From Lytechinus pictus (taxonomy: Eukaryota): a DNA stretch of 64,000 nucleotides. Shown in pieces: positions 39,959 through 54,200 of this stretch; the stretch's first letter is position 1; every line of letters begins with the position of its first letter. Made by a program: the position numbers and the translations under genes. A model generated the notes under the pieces. That model did no database searches, was not told the origin of the DNA, and saw only the letters and a list, made by a program, of their open reading frames with translations. The stretch covers positions 5,024,001 through 5,088,000 of the forward strand of contig NC_087245.1 in the NCBI RefSeq assembly GCF_037042905.1. The letters run 5' to 3'.

Positions 39959-42739
39959 ATTATGAAATTTTCAGTGTTTTTTTATACTAATTTTACTCTT
40001 AAATTTCAACCCGAAGGACCTTTCTTAAGACAAAGAGGAAGGTGGATGGGGAGTTCAGGTACATACTGAATATAATCAGCGATGGCTTATATAGAGGAAG
40101 GAGAAAGTGACAGATTATGTGAGACAAAAGACAGGAAAGGGAGAGGATAAAGAGAGAGAGAAAGAAAAATAGAGAGATGGATGATAGATGCTATTTGGAT
40201 CCCAAAGTCTCGCTTTAACCACCAGTGGGCAAGACGAAAAAGATGGGGATGATTTTAGTCATTGAAACAGCAAACTGTGCCCAAGAGAAAAATAGACAAT
40301 ACTGAGAGAAAACTAATAAGCTTACATTTCCATTTTGTATTAATTCAGAGGAGATAATAAAAAAAGATTGCTCCTTTGTATCGAAATAAGTTGGTTCAAA
40401 GGTCCAATCTACCATACAAGCATGACATCGATAATTCATTTCCTCTTCAAAACAATTCTATTACACTAAAAAAATCAATAGTAGAACAAAACAGTGCTAA
40501 GCATAATGAGAGGGCACCATTGATGCACTCATAATTTCTTTTTATTGTAGAACTTGGTTAATTCTTTAGAGAAAATGTAAAATCACAATTACGATATTGT
40601 AAATCAATGGAGGTGCTCCTGATGAAATGTTTGATGTTTTGTGTTAATAGTACCGTATAAGATACAATGGACATTATGGTGAGTGCAGTACATCATAGGC
40701 TCCCTCAATTGCAAAGATTTTATATCTGACTTTGATGAAATTTTCAGTGCTATTCTTGTATGATCTTTATCATACCCCCCTCCCCGCAGAGTGTTATGAG
40801 TCAAAGGTGACTACATTAGGGCTAATGATTTATGTGCTTTATAATAGGTCAGACTATGCAATAAAATCATCACAGTAATTTACCATGAGATATTGAAATT
40901 TAACATGCGACATTGAAACATAACACCCTTAAAAGAAATCCTGCTTCATCTAATTTTGATCCATGATTTCATTCAATTTCATTAAACTTGTTTAATATTA
41001 CCCTATTTACTCTCATAAATGCTTTAGTTCTTGAAATCAGATCCTTTCTCCTTCTCACACTTCTGTCAATCACTGCCTATTTCAACTCATTTCTTCACCT
41101 CAAATTATATTCCCATGCTCATCCAACCATCTTAACCTTGCCCATTCTTTCTCTTGTCAAAAGGGCTACTATCACACTACAGCTGAAGTCAATTAGTGAT
41201 GGGTGAATGACAGAGCAGTGATACTGAGAATGTTTTCAAGTTACTATATGATAGTTATTCTGCAGTATTATAGTACAGGGTTTCTAGCATAATTATATAA
41301 CTTTTCCTTTCAATTGTTCTACTATGGTGCCATTGTCAAGCTGCAGATCAAAATATAAGTTCCCATGAAACTATCAATAGTAAGTTACTATCATTGGCAA
41401 TTTTTTTGTCAAGACAGTATCATATCCCTCATTGACCCACATGAAATGACTGATATTTTTCTCATGAATAGGATGTCTAAACAAGCCAATAACTTAAAAA
41501 GAAAAAAATCCACCAGCACTGTATCTTCCCACGATATGGTCAATACTACAGTTTACAGCCTGTATAAAGATTTTGTAATTCTAGAAATAATTCAGTTTCA
41601 AAACTGAATTCAATGTCAGAAAAAAAAATTAAAGTAAATAAGAAAACAAAGACTGTTGATAGGTTAAAATGTACAACTGAAATATAATGTTAAAAAAAAC
41701 CCCACTAGGTTGTCTGCCAGGTAATTTTTGACACACTTTTTTATTTTCGGTATTATACAACCCTCTCTCCAAGATAGCACCTGTGTATACAGCTTTTCAA
41801 TATGATAATGTACAACCAAACATATAACATAACATTTTCAGAGGGCTTTTACAAAGAAATATCACAAAGAGAGGGTACTAAATCAGATTTATTTCATAAC
41901 AGCACCAATCAATGGAAATTATATTGTGATCTTTAGGCAGGCTTTAGATGATTAAGATATATCAGAAGTAATCTTGGATCTACTATGTCAGGGATTCACA
42001 TTCCAATAAGAAACAAAGAAACCAAATGATGTAATGGGAAGAGTAGAAGAAACAACTTTATTTTATCTCACTTCCAAAGTATCTTACATTTTCAAAATTC
42101 ATATTTCACACAGACCACTGAGCCAAGACAAGGTAAGGTTGTGGTACAATACAAGTTAGTAAGTGGTGCAAGAATTAAGATTTATAAATTGAACAAGGCA
42201 TGTAGCACTATATAAACATCATCATATGATAATGCCAAAGTTGCCCTAACTATTATAACATTTGAAAGCCTAAAAATTTTTGGGGAAAATGTACATGATA
42301 TAATTTCAAAGAAATCAATTTTTATGTGAGTTTGTAATTCTGTAAAAGTTCAGCTAGACTTGTCTTCAGATGATTCAAAATATTGTTGGACAGTTTCCAT
42401 GGCAGTCACATTTAGACATTTCTACAAGATTCTTCAGAGCTGCAAAATGTCCCATGTAATTGTGTATACGGACAGATACTGTATTAGATCGTAATGCCAA
42501 AAATGAATCAATGGATTGATGGTTTGAAATCATAAATGTGTCAAAGTTAGGAGTTCTTCTTTCACAACATACATATCAATACATTCAAATATTGCATTAT
42601 TTTGTAAGAAAAACAATGCTGAGATACATTTCAATGCCATATATTACCATCAGCATCATTTACAAAAAGTAATATTCATTCTTTAATATTATCATTTATT
42701 ATGATAAAGCTTTGTACAACAGGAGATATCGGTGTGGTG

Positions 42740-42817
42740 TTAACGTTTGTTCCATTCCGCCCTCTCAGAGAATTCCCTTTCGACTTCATCCAGATAGGGT
42801 TTGAGATACCTCTCATC
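42740..42817 (-). CDS. UQCRB: UQCRB exon 4 ([25 protein letters not shown])
   Basis: aatag acceptor; YL.PYL.EV..E..ER.EW motif; TAA stop. Confidence 0.95.
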   Translation of the reverse strand, partial: DERYLKPYLDEVEREFSERAEWNKR

Positions 42818-45800
42818 CTATTAAGCAAAAGGGGGGGGGGGGGAAAGAAAAAGCCAATAAATGAATAATTTTCTTTCCGAGTGAAGATAATAGAAATATG
42901 AGGGAACTGTTTGGTTAGAATATCCTGTATAAGTCATGCACACAAAGTATGAGAAAACTTTACAGTACAATAATGGCTTATTTGTTACGTTTGTTTGATT
43001 TGGATTATAAAATATTCAACTTAAATTTGATCACTATACTAACAGGGTCCTGAGATGAACCAAAATCCAGACTTTATCAACTCTAACAAACTAATCATTG
43101 ATTTTCAAAGCTGTTTCAACTTTTGTCAGTAGTTTTCCTTAATGAAAACAATATAGAACATTCTCAATTTTTTTCAAATTCATGATTATTTAAATATTTT
43201 TATTGGTCCATGAATGCAGGCATTATTTCATGAAAAATCTTTAAAATCTATTATTCAGCTTCCAATGGCTTTACATGTATGTACACAAACAATTCTCGCT
43301 ACCCCAAATAGCGATTTCGCCGAGATCCGGGAAAATCCCTGTAACGCGCATTGCATTATGGGGTAGCTTTTCGGTATTACAACTTCCTGTTCGGAAGTCC
43401 AATGCACTGTTTTGCCATTCAGATCAACAGTGCCGTCATGCACAACAACACAATGTCGCTTTCGCTCCGAAAGTTCGTGATCACATCCCTCTCTTTCAAG
43501 ATACAGTTTAACGGCCTTTTCTGCTAAAGTCACTAATTCTGCCTGACGCTTTCCATTGCACGGTATTCCTCTGTCAGTTAAGATTTTTTTAAGTTCCGAA
43601 ACTGATTTTTTATCCATTTTGTGGTCGATGAAAAATTGAACGGAATGAATGCTGTATATATTTAGCATCTAGGCGAATACGATCGTGATGTCAGGCTGGT
43701 TGCTAAATGCAAAATTTTAAGATTTTCATTGTTTGTTTAATTTTTTATAACCAAATAAAAACATAAATAAAAATTATTTTCACGTGAAATATATTCTTTA
43801 TTTTTATTCATAATTCACATGGAATCAAAACTGACTAAATTGAATAAAAAGTATTATAATCTGTACATATTACGCTGATTGGCATTGATTTCAGCGTGGT
43901 GGAAAGCTCAGTATCGCGAACCTCGCGCGAGCATGACTCTGAACCGAAAGTGGTGATGACGACCCGACGGAGTGAAAATTATCTCGTCTCGCGCATTATG
44001 AGATTTTAGTTCCTATTTGGGGTAGCGAGAATTGAAAATACAATGTATCATAATGTTCAATAAAAACTATTTACATAAAAAAAATTAATAAACTTTCTGC
44101 AATCACTTTATACCCCTTAAAATTCATAATTCATGTATGCATGCTGCACCCTAATCTACTATGTCATACATTTTGTTTATAATCGAATAACAGAAGTTCT
44201 TAAAGCCATTTCAGCCACTAAATTATTGTTTATTTCATACAAAATATTTACAAATAATTTATTTCACCTCAAATAATTGCAAGTAAAACAGTTCTGGAAA
44301 TGGAGAGTTCTTTACAAAGTCTAAGAAATCTTTGAGCACACCCACCTCTTCAAACTTTGTCCAATGTTCTTTGGGAAGGATGGAGTGCTTGAGGGAAAGA
44401 TCAAGAGCACGCTTTATCCTGAAGACTCTAGCATTGTACTCCTCTTCAGGTAGCCGTCTGATTGCCTCTTCAACCATGGGATTACTCCTCAGTGTGTCAT
44501 CTCTCCTTAGTCCTGTCCAGATAACATAACATTGTTTGTTAGGTTTCATTCACCTTATTGCAGGAGATACTGATAATTGCCCAATCCACAAACAATTCAT
44601 CAATCAATTTCTTTTATTTGTTTAAGTGACAGATAAAAAGATAGAAAATGAAGAAGAGAAGAAAAACTTTTGAAAAGACGTAGCTTTGTTTTGAAAGTAT
44701 ACAATTCATTTAGCTATACATAATATTGGGTGTATCAGAAAAAAAAAGAACCTAACTTTTAAACAATTACCAGCAACCATCCATAGTGACACCTCCCCTG
44801 ATCAATGTAAAGTCATTTGCTGACATGAAAGCTAACACAAATTTTTCAAATTCATAAGCCCACCAGCTCCTACATGTATTAAGGATAAACAAAAACAACA
44901 TCCCCAATAAAACAAATAATCGCTTACAAAAGTATAATCAATAAAATTTATGAATGTTTATATGATCATCCCTCCTCCACCCATCTCTTCAAGTTATTCA
45001 TGTAGAGATTTGCTATCAAGTAATTTACTACAGTACTTACCAAGCTGATTAAATCCACACAGACCGTAATACCATTTACGGAAGCTGCTGAAGAGAGGCG
45101 AGCTATTCCCTGAAAAAAAATGAAGATATAGCAAGTGTTAATCATATGATGGCGTTTATTTACCTACATGTAAGCCAGTAAGGGGCCTATAGCATTATCA
45201 AGCTTTATAATCTCTTTCGGTCTGATGTATCTTGGAGAAGTAGTCAAGCACTGAATAACAGCAGTCAGGCCAGGGTAGTCTACTGTGAATAGACTGATGA
45301 CAAATTGTACAATAAAGGAGGAAAAGGAACAGGAGGTAGGAAAAGGAGGAGGAGGGAGGGAGCAGAGGGGGAGGAGGGGGTTGAAAGGAGAGGATGAGGA
45401 GGAGAAGGGGAAGAAGCTGGAGGAGGTGAAGAAGTCGGAATTGCTTACAAAAGTTACACTTAGGGGTCTACAGGCCACATTTGTAAACCAACCTATGTAA
45501 AAGGGGTACTCCGGGCTGAAAATATTCATATCTAAATAAATAGAGTAAAATTCATAGAGCAAAATGCTGAAAATTTTATCAAAATATGATAACAAATAGC
45601 AAAGTTGTGAAAATAGATATATATGCACATCATCATGAATATTAATTGGGTGGACTGATGTCACAGCCCCACTTTCCTTTTTCTTATAAAAATCTTATAA
45701 CATGAAATCATAATTGTTTCATTTTTTCATACATGTGTGAAAAATGTGTCTCCTCTTTTATGAAATAAGTTGCAGCAATGAATAACTCATGCACAAAATC

Positions 45801-48800
45801 AGTTGCCAATTAAAATTTTTCAGTTCTTGGTAGAAATTTTTTTAATAAACCTAATTTCAAAATACAAAAGAACAAGTGGAGATAAGACATCATCAATTTG
45901 CTCATTGAATATTCATGAAGACATGCCTGGAACTGTTTCACCAGAATAATGCAAATCTTTAAAATGCCATAGCTTTGTTATTCCTTGTCCGATTTTGATC
46001 AAATTTTCAGTGTTTTGTTTGTCTGATTTTTTTTTTTATCTGTTTAAATCATATTATTTCCAGCCCGGAGCATCCCTTTAACCCCCAAATAACAATACTA
46101 TTCTCCATTTTTTCAGAGTGCTTTGAAATTGTCACTCTTTATTAATGTATGTGTAGAAACCCGTAGAAACCACAAATACACTATAAATTCAGTCGAATTT
46201 TTTTTTACTAATAACACATATGATTAGAAAGTGTCACAGACTCACAGTTAAACTTTTTGGGGGATGGCAAAGTCATCTGCAAAATATAATGAGGACCATA
46301 TTTTCATCATTGTCTTTTTTTTTTGCTAATTATTCTTTTGGAATATTAAAAACTGTAATGGCTATCAAAAAACACAAACAAACAACAAAACACTAAAATC
46401 TCTTTGGAAGGGTAATTTGGACTCTACATTCAAAATTCAGTGTTTCCTATGGAACTAACTAAATGTAACTAAATTTGGGGACACCAAAGCTTACACAATG
46501 AACACATTTTTAGAGCTTCACTAATGCCTACCAACTACATATAATTTCTTGAATGATTTCAGATTTTTATTTTCAAAATCAGGTTGTTCTCTTCCATTTA
46601 TGAGACTGTACATGCTATTTTACTCCAATTTAAGGCTGTAGTCTAGTATATTAACAATGAATTAAAACATGTTTGCCTTAAAAGTGATAGCTTTACTTTT
46701 TCCCATCAAATTGTATTTGTTCCTTTGCAGTGGAAAATTACACTTTACATGTACTTCCATCATTGTAAGTTTACTGGGATAGTAATAACTTAAACTGAAG
46801 TGGACTCTATCAGGTATGTACTTCCTTTATAGTTTGTTGAACATGGTATTTTGCTGGTGAGTCCCTTATTTAGGAATATAAAAAACCCTGTTAAAACACC
46901 CACATACACAGGCACTATGTAGGTCCCGATTTCAACTCCAAAATCCCAATCAAAGATATATGCCAGTTGTGGTAACGATCTCAAAAAGTGAAATCCGCAT
47001 ATTTCCAGGGCACATGGTGGCTTAGCTCAACTTTGAGAAGCAGAGTAGCCCCCCCGAAAAGGTGCTGAAAATGAAGAATCTGTGGTTTTGATCTGAGTTC
47101 GCAAACTTTCTCACAAATTTGAAATGACAAATAAAAAAACCCACGATATTGTATTTGCACAAAAAATAAGTCAACGTGATCATAAATAATTATTATTATA
47201 ATATTTATTTATAATCAAGTTTCAAATTTTATTATTTGTTAAATAATAATTTTTATCTATAAATTGTTCTTCAAAACGGCATGTTGTTGTAACATCGCTT
47301 ATCAAAGCTACGTCATAACGAAGTGGTTCAAGGGTTAAGCGTATTGTATTTGCGTTGTTTATAAATGGATCGAGGGATCTAGACAAGATCAATTTGGTAA
47401 GAAACCTCTTAATTTCTTTTTACACCTTCATATGCAGAGTAGGCATATGAAGGTTCATAGTCTTTTTTATAAATAAAATAAATGGATACAATACAAACCG
47501 ATATCAGTTTTTAACTTTTTCACCCTGAATATGAATTTCCTAGGGAAATCCATCTGGATGTATCTTCTCGCTTATGCATGTATTCACGAGGTTGGACGTC
47601 CTGGGATTTTCACTCGCGAAAGTATTTTCCGCATAGCAACCGATCACGAAGGTGCAAACAAAGCCGGAAGACTAGCCGTACAAGCCAGGCGCACACACAA
47701 AAGTGCATTGACTCAGAAATCTCTCCGTGTGTTGAGATATACGTTGAGACGCCACCCCTCTTATTTTGATAACAATTGTCACCCCCACTTTCAAAATGAA
47801 ATGATCGTGAGCATTTTTTCATAATCTATATTTTGATACCAAATATTGGTAACTTGAGCGGGCAGCTTTGGAAACATCGATTGCTAAGTGTGGGCGTCTC
47901 AAATTGTCGCCCGAGAAAAATGGCAGCTAAAATTCGCACCGTACAGACCAAGTTTGCAAACTTGTCTGACTTTGACTGTGCTACATGTAAACTCCTTTTT
48001 CTTTTGCTGGATCTTTTAACCAAACATTGCAACATTTCAGGGAATTACTGAGGATTAATATCAGATGCCACAAGACACTTTTCAACATTGCAAATTATTT
48101 CTAGAACCATTGTGGTCAGGCAGTGACAGGTGAGTGGTGCAACAGTAAAAAAATTGCACATGGCGACTCACTGCGCATGGACGTTAAAAGGATAAAGCTG
48201 GCCATCTTGCCTTGTTGTTCTTGGAACACCCGTACACACAACATATTTTCTCCATTGCATTGTCCAGCAATTAAAAATCAAAATGAAGTAAAAAACGCGA
48301 TGAAAATGTAATGGAGAAACAGTTCAAATCAACGAGTTCCAAAAAAGTCAAGGAAACTGCACAGCCAACACGTACGCTCGCACCCTTTGTAGGGAGTTCC
48401 GCGAGTTTTTGATTTTTGTACAGCACCCCCATAAATTTGGTATCATTGGAAAGATAATTCAAAGAGAAAAAGAATGGTAGTAAAATCAGCTCCATACCTT
48501 GAATATTAGAAAAGTTAAAGGCAATTTTTTTTTTGCGAATCTCCATTTCATGTCTGTCGCCTTTCATTCCCCCGGTAACAAATATCATGAAATAGAGTTT
48601 ACTTTACTTACCCGAAAAAAAACAAACTTGATTGCATTACGCTTTAAAACATTCTAAGTTATTATGAGACAAAAAACAACAAGGAATGATAGGTATCTTT
48701 AAACAATGTCAGATGACAATACATGTGCTTGTGCGATCCTTCTGTTCTAACACGTTTGTCTGGTTTTCTTGCAGAAACTGGTGGCAGGATCCTCATCCAG

Positions 48801-51260
48801 GCCAATGGTGCTGGAATGAAATCAAGGCAGCTGAAATTAAAATGCTGTTAAAATAAAAACTAGATTAGAGGAAATGAACTGTATGTATTCAACTTCTTTT
48901 TAAAGTGTGGGTATGTGTGTGGGAGGGAGGGGGTGTGGTGGATGTGGGTTATTATGACCAATGCTATGTACGTAAATATGCACCATTAGACTACAATTTC
49001 CATGTCCCCATCCTTGAAGTCCTCCAGCAACCATTCTGGAAACCCAGGCACCTGAAATATATATACAAAAAATAAAATCTTGTTTGCAAGTTATGACTCT
49101 AGCCTCTAGTCATTCCAAATTGTAGGGGAAACATATTAGCAGTTAGACACACATATGGTCTTCAATCTTTCATCAATTGCAGCTAAATTCTTCATGACTG
49201 CTAGTTAATTGCTACCAAATATGGTACTGTGTGGTAAACTAAAACATTGATGCAATCCTTAATGCATTTTGGCAATCTAGAGATCAACAAAACATGTGAT
49301 GTCATACCATATGAGCAAAAACCATATTTAATTTTCCAATCTTCTCCAATTGATGTAAACAATTATCAAAGCAATAGATTTAATTGAACAGGGCACATTA
49401 TATTAATGAAATAATTGTATAATAAAGATTATTTGTAAACAAGAGCTGGTTTACTCTTACTAAATAAGGCATACGAACTAAAGATGCGACGACCCCTTTC
49501 AAATGTTATAACAGTCAGTAGTAATTTTTTTTTCATATACTACCAATGACAATAAAAAAAAAATTATCATAATAATGATAATATAAATATTAAGGATAAT
49601 GATAACATTATAATAGGGCCTAATCAATCATAATAATAATAGACTACATTAGTTCTATAATAAAGGAACAAAGAAAATAAAAAAAATTGACACATATCAA
49701 CTTGAATAACATTGAAGTGAATGACATAATATCTATAGAAATCTATACATGGTATATATATATAATTTTGGTAACAATTGCCCTCACTCCCCAGACAAAT
49801 ATCACATTCACAACACAAATTTACAATGAATTTCAACAATAGAAATATCACAAGGCAACATATTTCCTAATTAAAAGACAAACTAAAAAAATCTAATCTA
49901 TGCCATATAATTACAGTACATAATGCTTTAATGAGTAAATACAAGGTCGACGAAATTCCTTATTTTCCATGTGTGCCTTTTTTTTCCAAGCGTATGCGAT
50001 TGTATGAATGCATTAACGTTGTATACCATTACATTCAGAAAACTTCAAACTTTCAGAAAATATGGGTTTCTACTAGGTTTCTCCCCCTCCTTCATGCTCT
50101 TTCTACATGTTTTTCATCAAGAAAATACCTGAAAATATAGGCAAAAAATAAGACTTATTGTTCTCTGACTTTGAACATCAGGAAAAATGTTCAAAACCTC
50201 GACAATCTTGGTATCAAATAAAAGCTTAGAATCTCCCGTAGCGGAAAATCACTGTCGACAACGGCCTTATGCAAGTTTGATGCCTGGAAGTAGTATCAGA
50301 GTGCAGAGGTCAGTCAGAAATTTTAACAAAATGGCGGCCTCCAGTGAATACGCGATCGCATAGTGTTCCGAAGTCAACGGATTTCAAAACTCTGAATTTT
50401 CCACTTTTCCAGAGATTGTAGTCAAATAAACGGTATCAAAAGACATGAAAGAACCACTCATGGGTTCAATGCATCTCGGGTGCGAAGGATTCATATGCAC
50501 ATGGTGCACGCGAATCTTTCACACCCTTTTTACTAAAATAACTAAAATAACTATGCCATTACAGTTTACCTAAAGTTTCTAATTGTGCTATGTGCACATG
50601 GTGCACGCGAATCTTTCACACCCTTTTTACTAAAATAACTAAAATAACTATGCCATTACAGTTTACCTAAAGTTTCTAATTGTGCTATGACACTTACCGA
50701 ACCATATGGATCGTTTGTTGACTTCTCTTTGCTGTTTTTTTAAGAAAAAAAAAGAATTTTCTCGTGATCTTCACGTAGATGCCGCCGGATCATCGTGGAT
50801 ATCAACTTTTTCCTAAAGAGGGCGCGCGATATTATTCACAAGACGTTTGTTTACGGTTCTGCAGCTTGTACTGCTAGCTGCATTTTAGACGCTTAGCATT
50901 ATTTTCCTCTTTCTGTTTTGTTTTTTTGTTTTTTTTGCTGTCAAGCGGTATTTTCTATTGTAACGCCATCAGCAATGATGAAATGTAAAGAGTCGCCTTG
51001 AAATGAAGAAAAATTGTGTCACATTAATTCGTTAGTTTGTTTCCTATTTTTTTGCTCTTTTTCTTCTTTCTCATCTATGATCAAAGGTGAATACCTTTTT
51101 TTGATATCTGTTCTAACAGCTGGACATTTTGAATATTTTGTTCAAATAAATAAATCAACAGGATAGTAATCAAAATGCGATAGAGCTGCCCGAGCTGAAA
51201 ATTCTGATACAAGGACTTGAAAATAAAACATTCTGAGCACTTTTTATAACCATGAGGAGA

Positions 51261-51297
<37 letters not shown>

Positions 51298-54200
51298 TTT
51301 CTCAATGAACATTTTCATCTATTTAAAGCTTTGAAAATTAATAAACAACGATTCCATAGGCGAAATCTCAATGATCATTAGGAAGGTACTTTACCCATTT
51401 TCATTTTATGTCATTGTGATTATTCCATACTAAGGCAACATATTTTGGATATAAAAATACGTGAAGGAAATGTTCCTCTTCTGTTTTATACTTTAAAGGT
51501 AAATGCTAGTTTTGGTAACGATATCAAAATGAGTTCGTACAGAATCCAATGAAATGACCACCAAAGTGTCTGTTTGTATAAATAAAACGCATGTGCCAAA
51601 GAATTCTGGAAGAAATTGTGTAATTGCTGAGAAATCAGCAAATAAGCACAGGATTCGGGTAGGGCGTCGGGCCCGACGCTCAAAGCAATAATTATACACT
51701 GTCCCACGTGCGCTTATCTGTGTTGGGGAAGTTCAGTCTGAACATTTTTCAGCGTAGATTTCAAGATTTCACAAAGTTCAGTTTATGTAACTGTACCAGA
51801 TCTAGATCCTCGATGATATACTGACAATTAAGCCTGGTTTTACAGACTTTCTCATGAAATCAGTGTTTACTGCAACTACTGGAATTTATCTTTAACATAA
51901 AACATTTTGTTCAACCAAATTATGATTTGTATTTCCAAGTTCCATGTAGTATTTTCATTGGAAAATCTCTTAAAGGTCAAGTGCACCCCAGAAAAAAAAT
52001 GTTTGAATAAATAGAGAATTATGAAACAAGACTAACGCTGAAAACTTCATTAAAATCGGATGTAAAATAAGAAAGTTATGACATATTAAAGTTTCGCTTA
52101 TTTATCACAAAACAGTTACATGCACAATTCATTGATATCTAAATGAGAGAGTCAATAATGTCACTCACTATTTCTCTTTTATTGTTCGAATTATACAATA
52201 TTTCAATTCTCACGACTTTGACCAAATAGGACCCTCTTTAAGTATATACATGAGATGCAACCTGTTGATTTTTGGTACAATTTCCTATTATGCGCCGACG
52301 ACTTGAATCGAGAATGTTCGATAGGAAAAATTCGCATTTCGATTTTTGTTTGCGTAATTTCCACCGCAGTATGAAGGATGACTAAGGACGGACCGAGCGA
52401 AGTATCCTGGTTGAGATTTGGAGGTAAGCGATAAAAACACCTTTATCAATCATTTTTATTCATTTTTAAAATGAACAAAATCATACGATCAAGATTAACA
52501 TAGTGGAAAAATATTGAAAGATTTGGCGTTTCATAGTCCCTCACATTCGTGGGATGAATGAAAACGTCAAAATGCACTATGAAATCACATGCGTTGTGCG
52601 AGGTTAGTTATTATACTAATAATACTAACCTCGCATGTTGTGTGAGTGTGAAAGAACAAGAAACTTCTCCTCTATACATAGATGTCTTTAGACTAAAAGA
52701 TCAATTAGTAGGTATGTGCGAATACGGGCGCATCGCGAGCGCTGGTTTTGGCTGCACGGTTTTCGCGCGGGTTTTGCTGCAAGTGGCATCGCCTCTGTCT
52801 GGGCGGCTCATCGAAAATGGGGTTTCATGCGCATGCGCACATAGTTGATGCAATCTCGTGCCTTGATACAGACAGTTGAAAATGTGCTCTTTCTGTACAT
52901 ATAAGTTTCAATGTGGATACTCACCTGTGAAGTGTGGATATCGGAGCTTGAAAGTTCATCAAATTTTTGGATGCGCAAATGATGGAAATTTTTTTATGGT
53001 AAGTAGAACTACGATCCAATTATGTATCTAAATTGTTTTAGAATATATTCAAATATATAAAAAATGTCAAATCAAATGATTCTATCGTGACGCAGTCCAG
53101 ATATAAGCGAAGCGAGCTACCCTTGTCACAGCCGGTCTCTCGGCAGTCGAGCTGCCCGATGCGGTGGGCTCCCGACGGTCTTTCGGCAGTCGAGCTACCG
53201 GTACCCGATGCGGAGGGCTTGGTGACGGGAGTGGTCGATAGTGAGTCGTTCATGCTGGATTGAACTGGATCTAAATTGTTCACTTGATAATATTGTGCCT
53301 TTTTCTGAAAATGTCTGTCATTATACTGTAGATTGTTATTCTGATATTGATTTAAATATATACATTTTGTCACAAAAACATTCTTTCCTCCTAAGGTTAT
53401 AGAGTCAACATGAACATGTTTTACTTTGATTGTTCAATCATGTTTTATCATTTGGAAACTGGATTCTTTTGGAAGTGGAATATTAATGTTGACTTATTAA
53501 ATTAAAATGCAAAATCTATAGTGTTTTTTTTTTCTTTTGTAGAAAAAAAAAAAATTTTTGAAACTTTTCAATCATGTTTCATTATTTTGGGACTGGATTT
53601 GCTTTTGAAAGGGGAATATCATAAATGTTGACTTTTTAATTAAAATGCAAAAATTATGTTTATTATTTAGTTTCTTTTTTTATATATTTTTTTAAAGTTT
53701 CATTTTTAAATTATTGTATTGTTTATTTTTTCATTTTTTGGGGGGGTCATATTTCAATATTTGGAGACTGGATTTGCTTTTGAAAGGAGAATATCTTAAA
53801 TGTGATTTTTTTATTAAAATGCACAAACTAGATGTTGTTTATTTTTGTTTGTTGTAATTTTTTCACTCTTATGAGAAAATACATGAAAACTCAGAGGAAA
53901 GGATATTTCATTTCCAGATGGGTCTAACTCCTGTATTTATGTTTTCTTTATTATTAATTGTACTATTTATTTTTTTATTCACTTTTCTTTTTTTAGGGGT
54001 GCAGGTGGGGGTTGTGTTTTGAATTGGAAAATGGGGATGGGATTGGTACAAGTTTTTGTGTCACTTTTGTTTCTCTTGTTTTTAGTGCTTGTTTGGAGCT
54101 TTGATGTCTGTTTTGTTGTTTAAAGCTTTGTTATATATTTTTACTGGTTGCTTTTTGTTTTGTTTTGAAAGAAATAGACCACTCTTTTCCTTTTCTTTTG

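Noticed and set aside
44513..44549. ORF-track start MKPNKQCY... for UQCRB (and similar intronic extensions of the FDFT1 and HS1BP3 ORFs)
   Set aside because: Intronic read-through beyond clear splice sites.
50698..50705. ATG GTT CG|gtaag as UQCRB exon 1
   Set aside because: Phase 2; splicing to exon 2 gives an immediate TAG, whereas 55778-55766 is in frame.
53038..53373. 111-aa minus-strand ORF
   Set aside because: Inside a non-autonomous element; low complexity; no recognisable domain.
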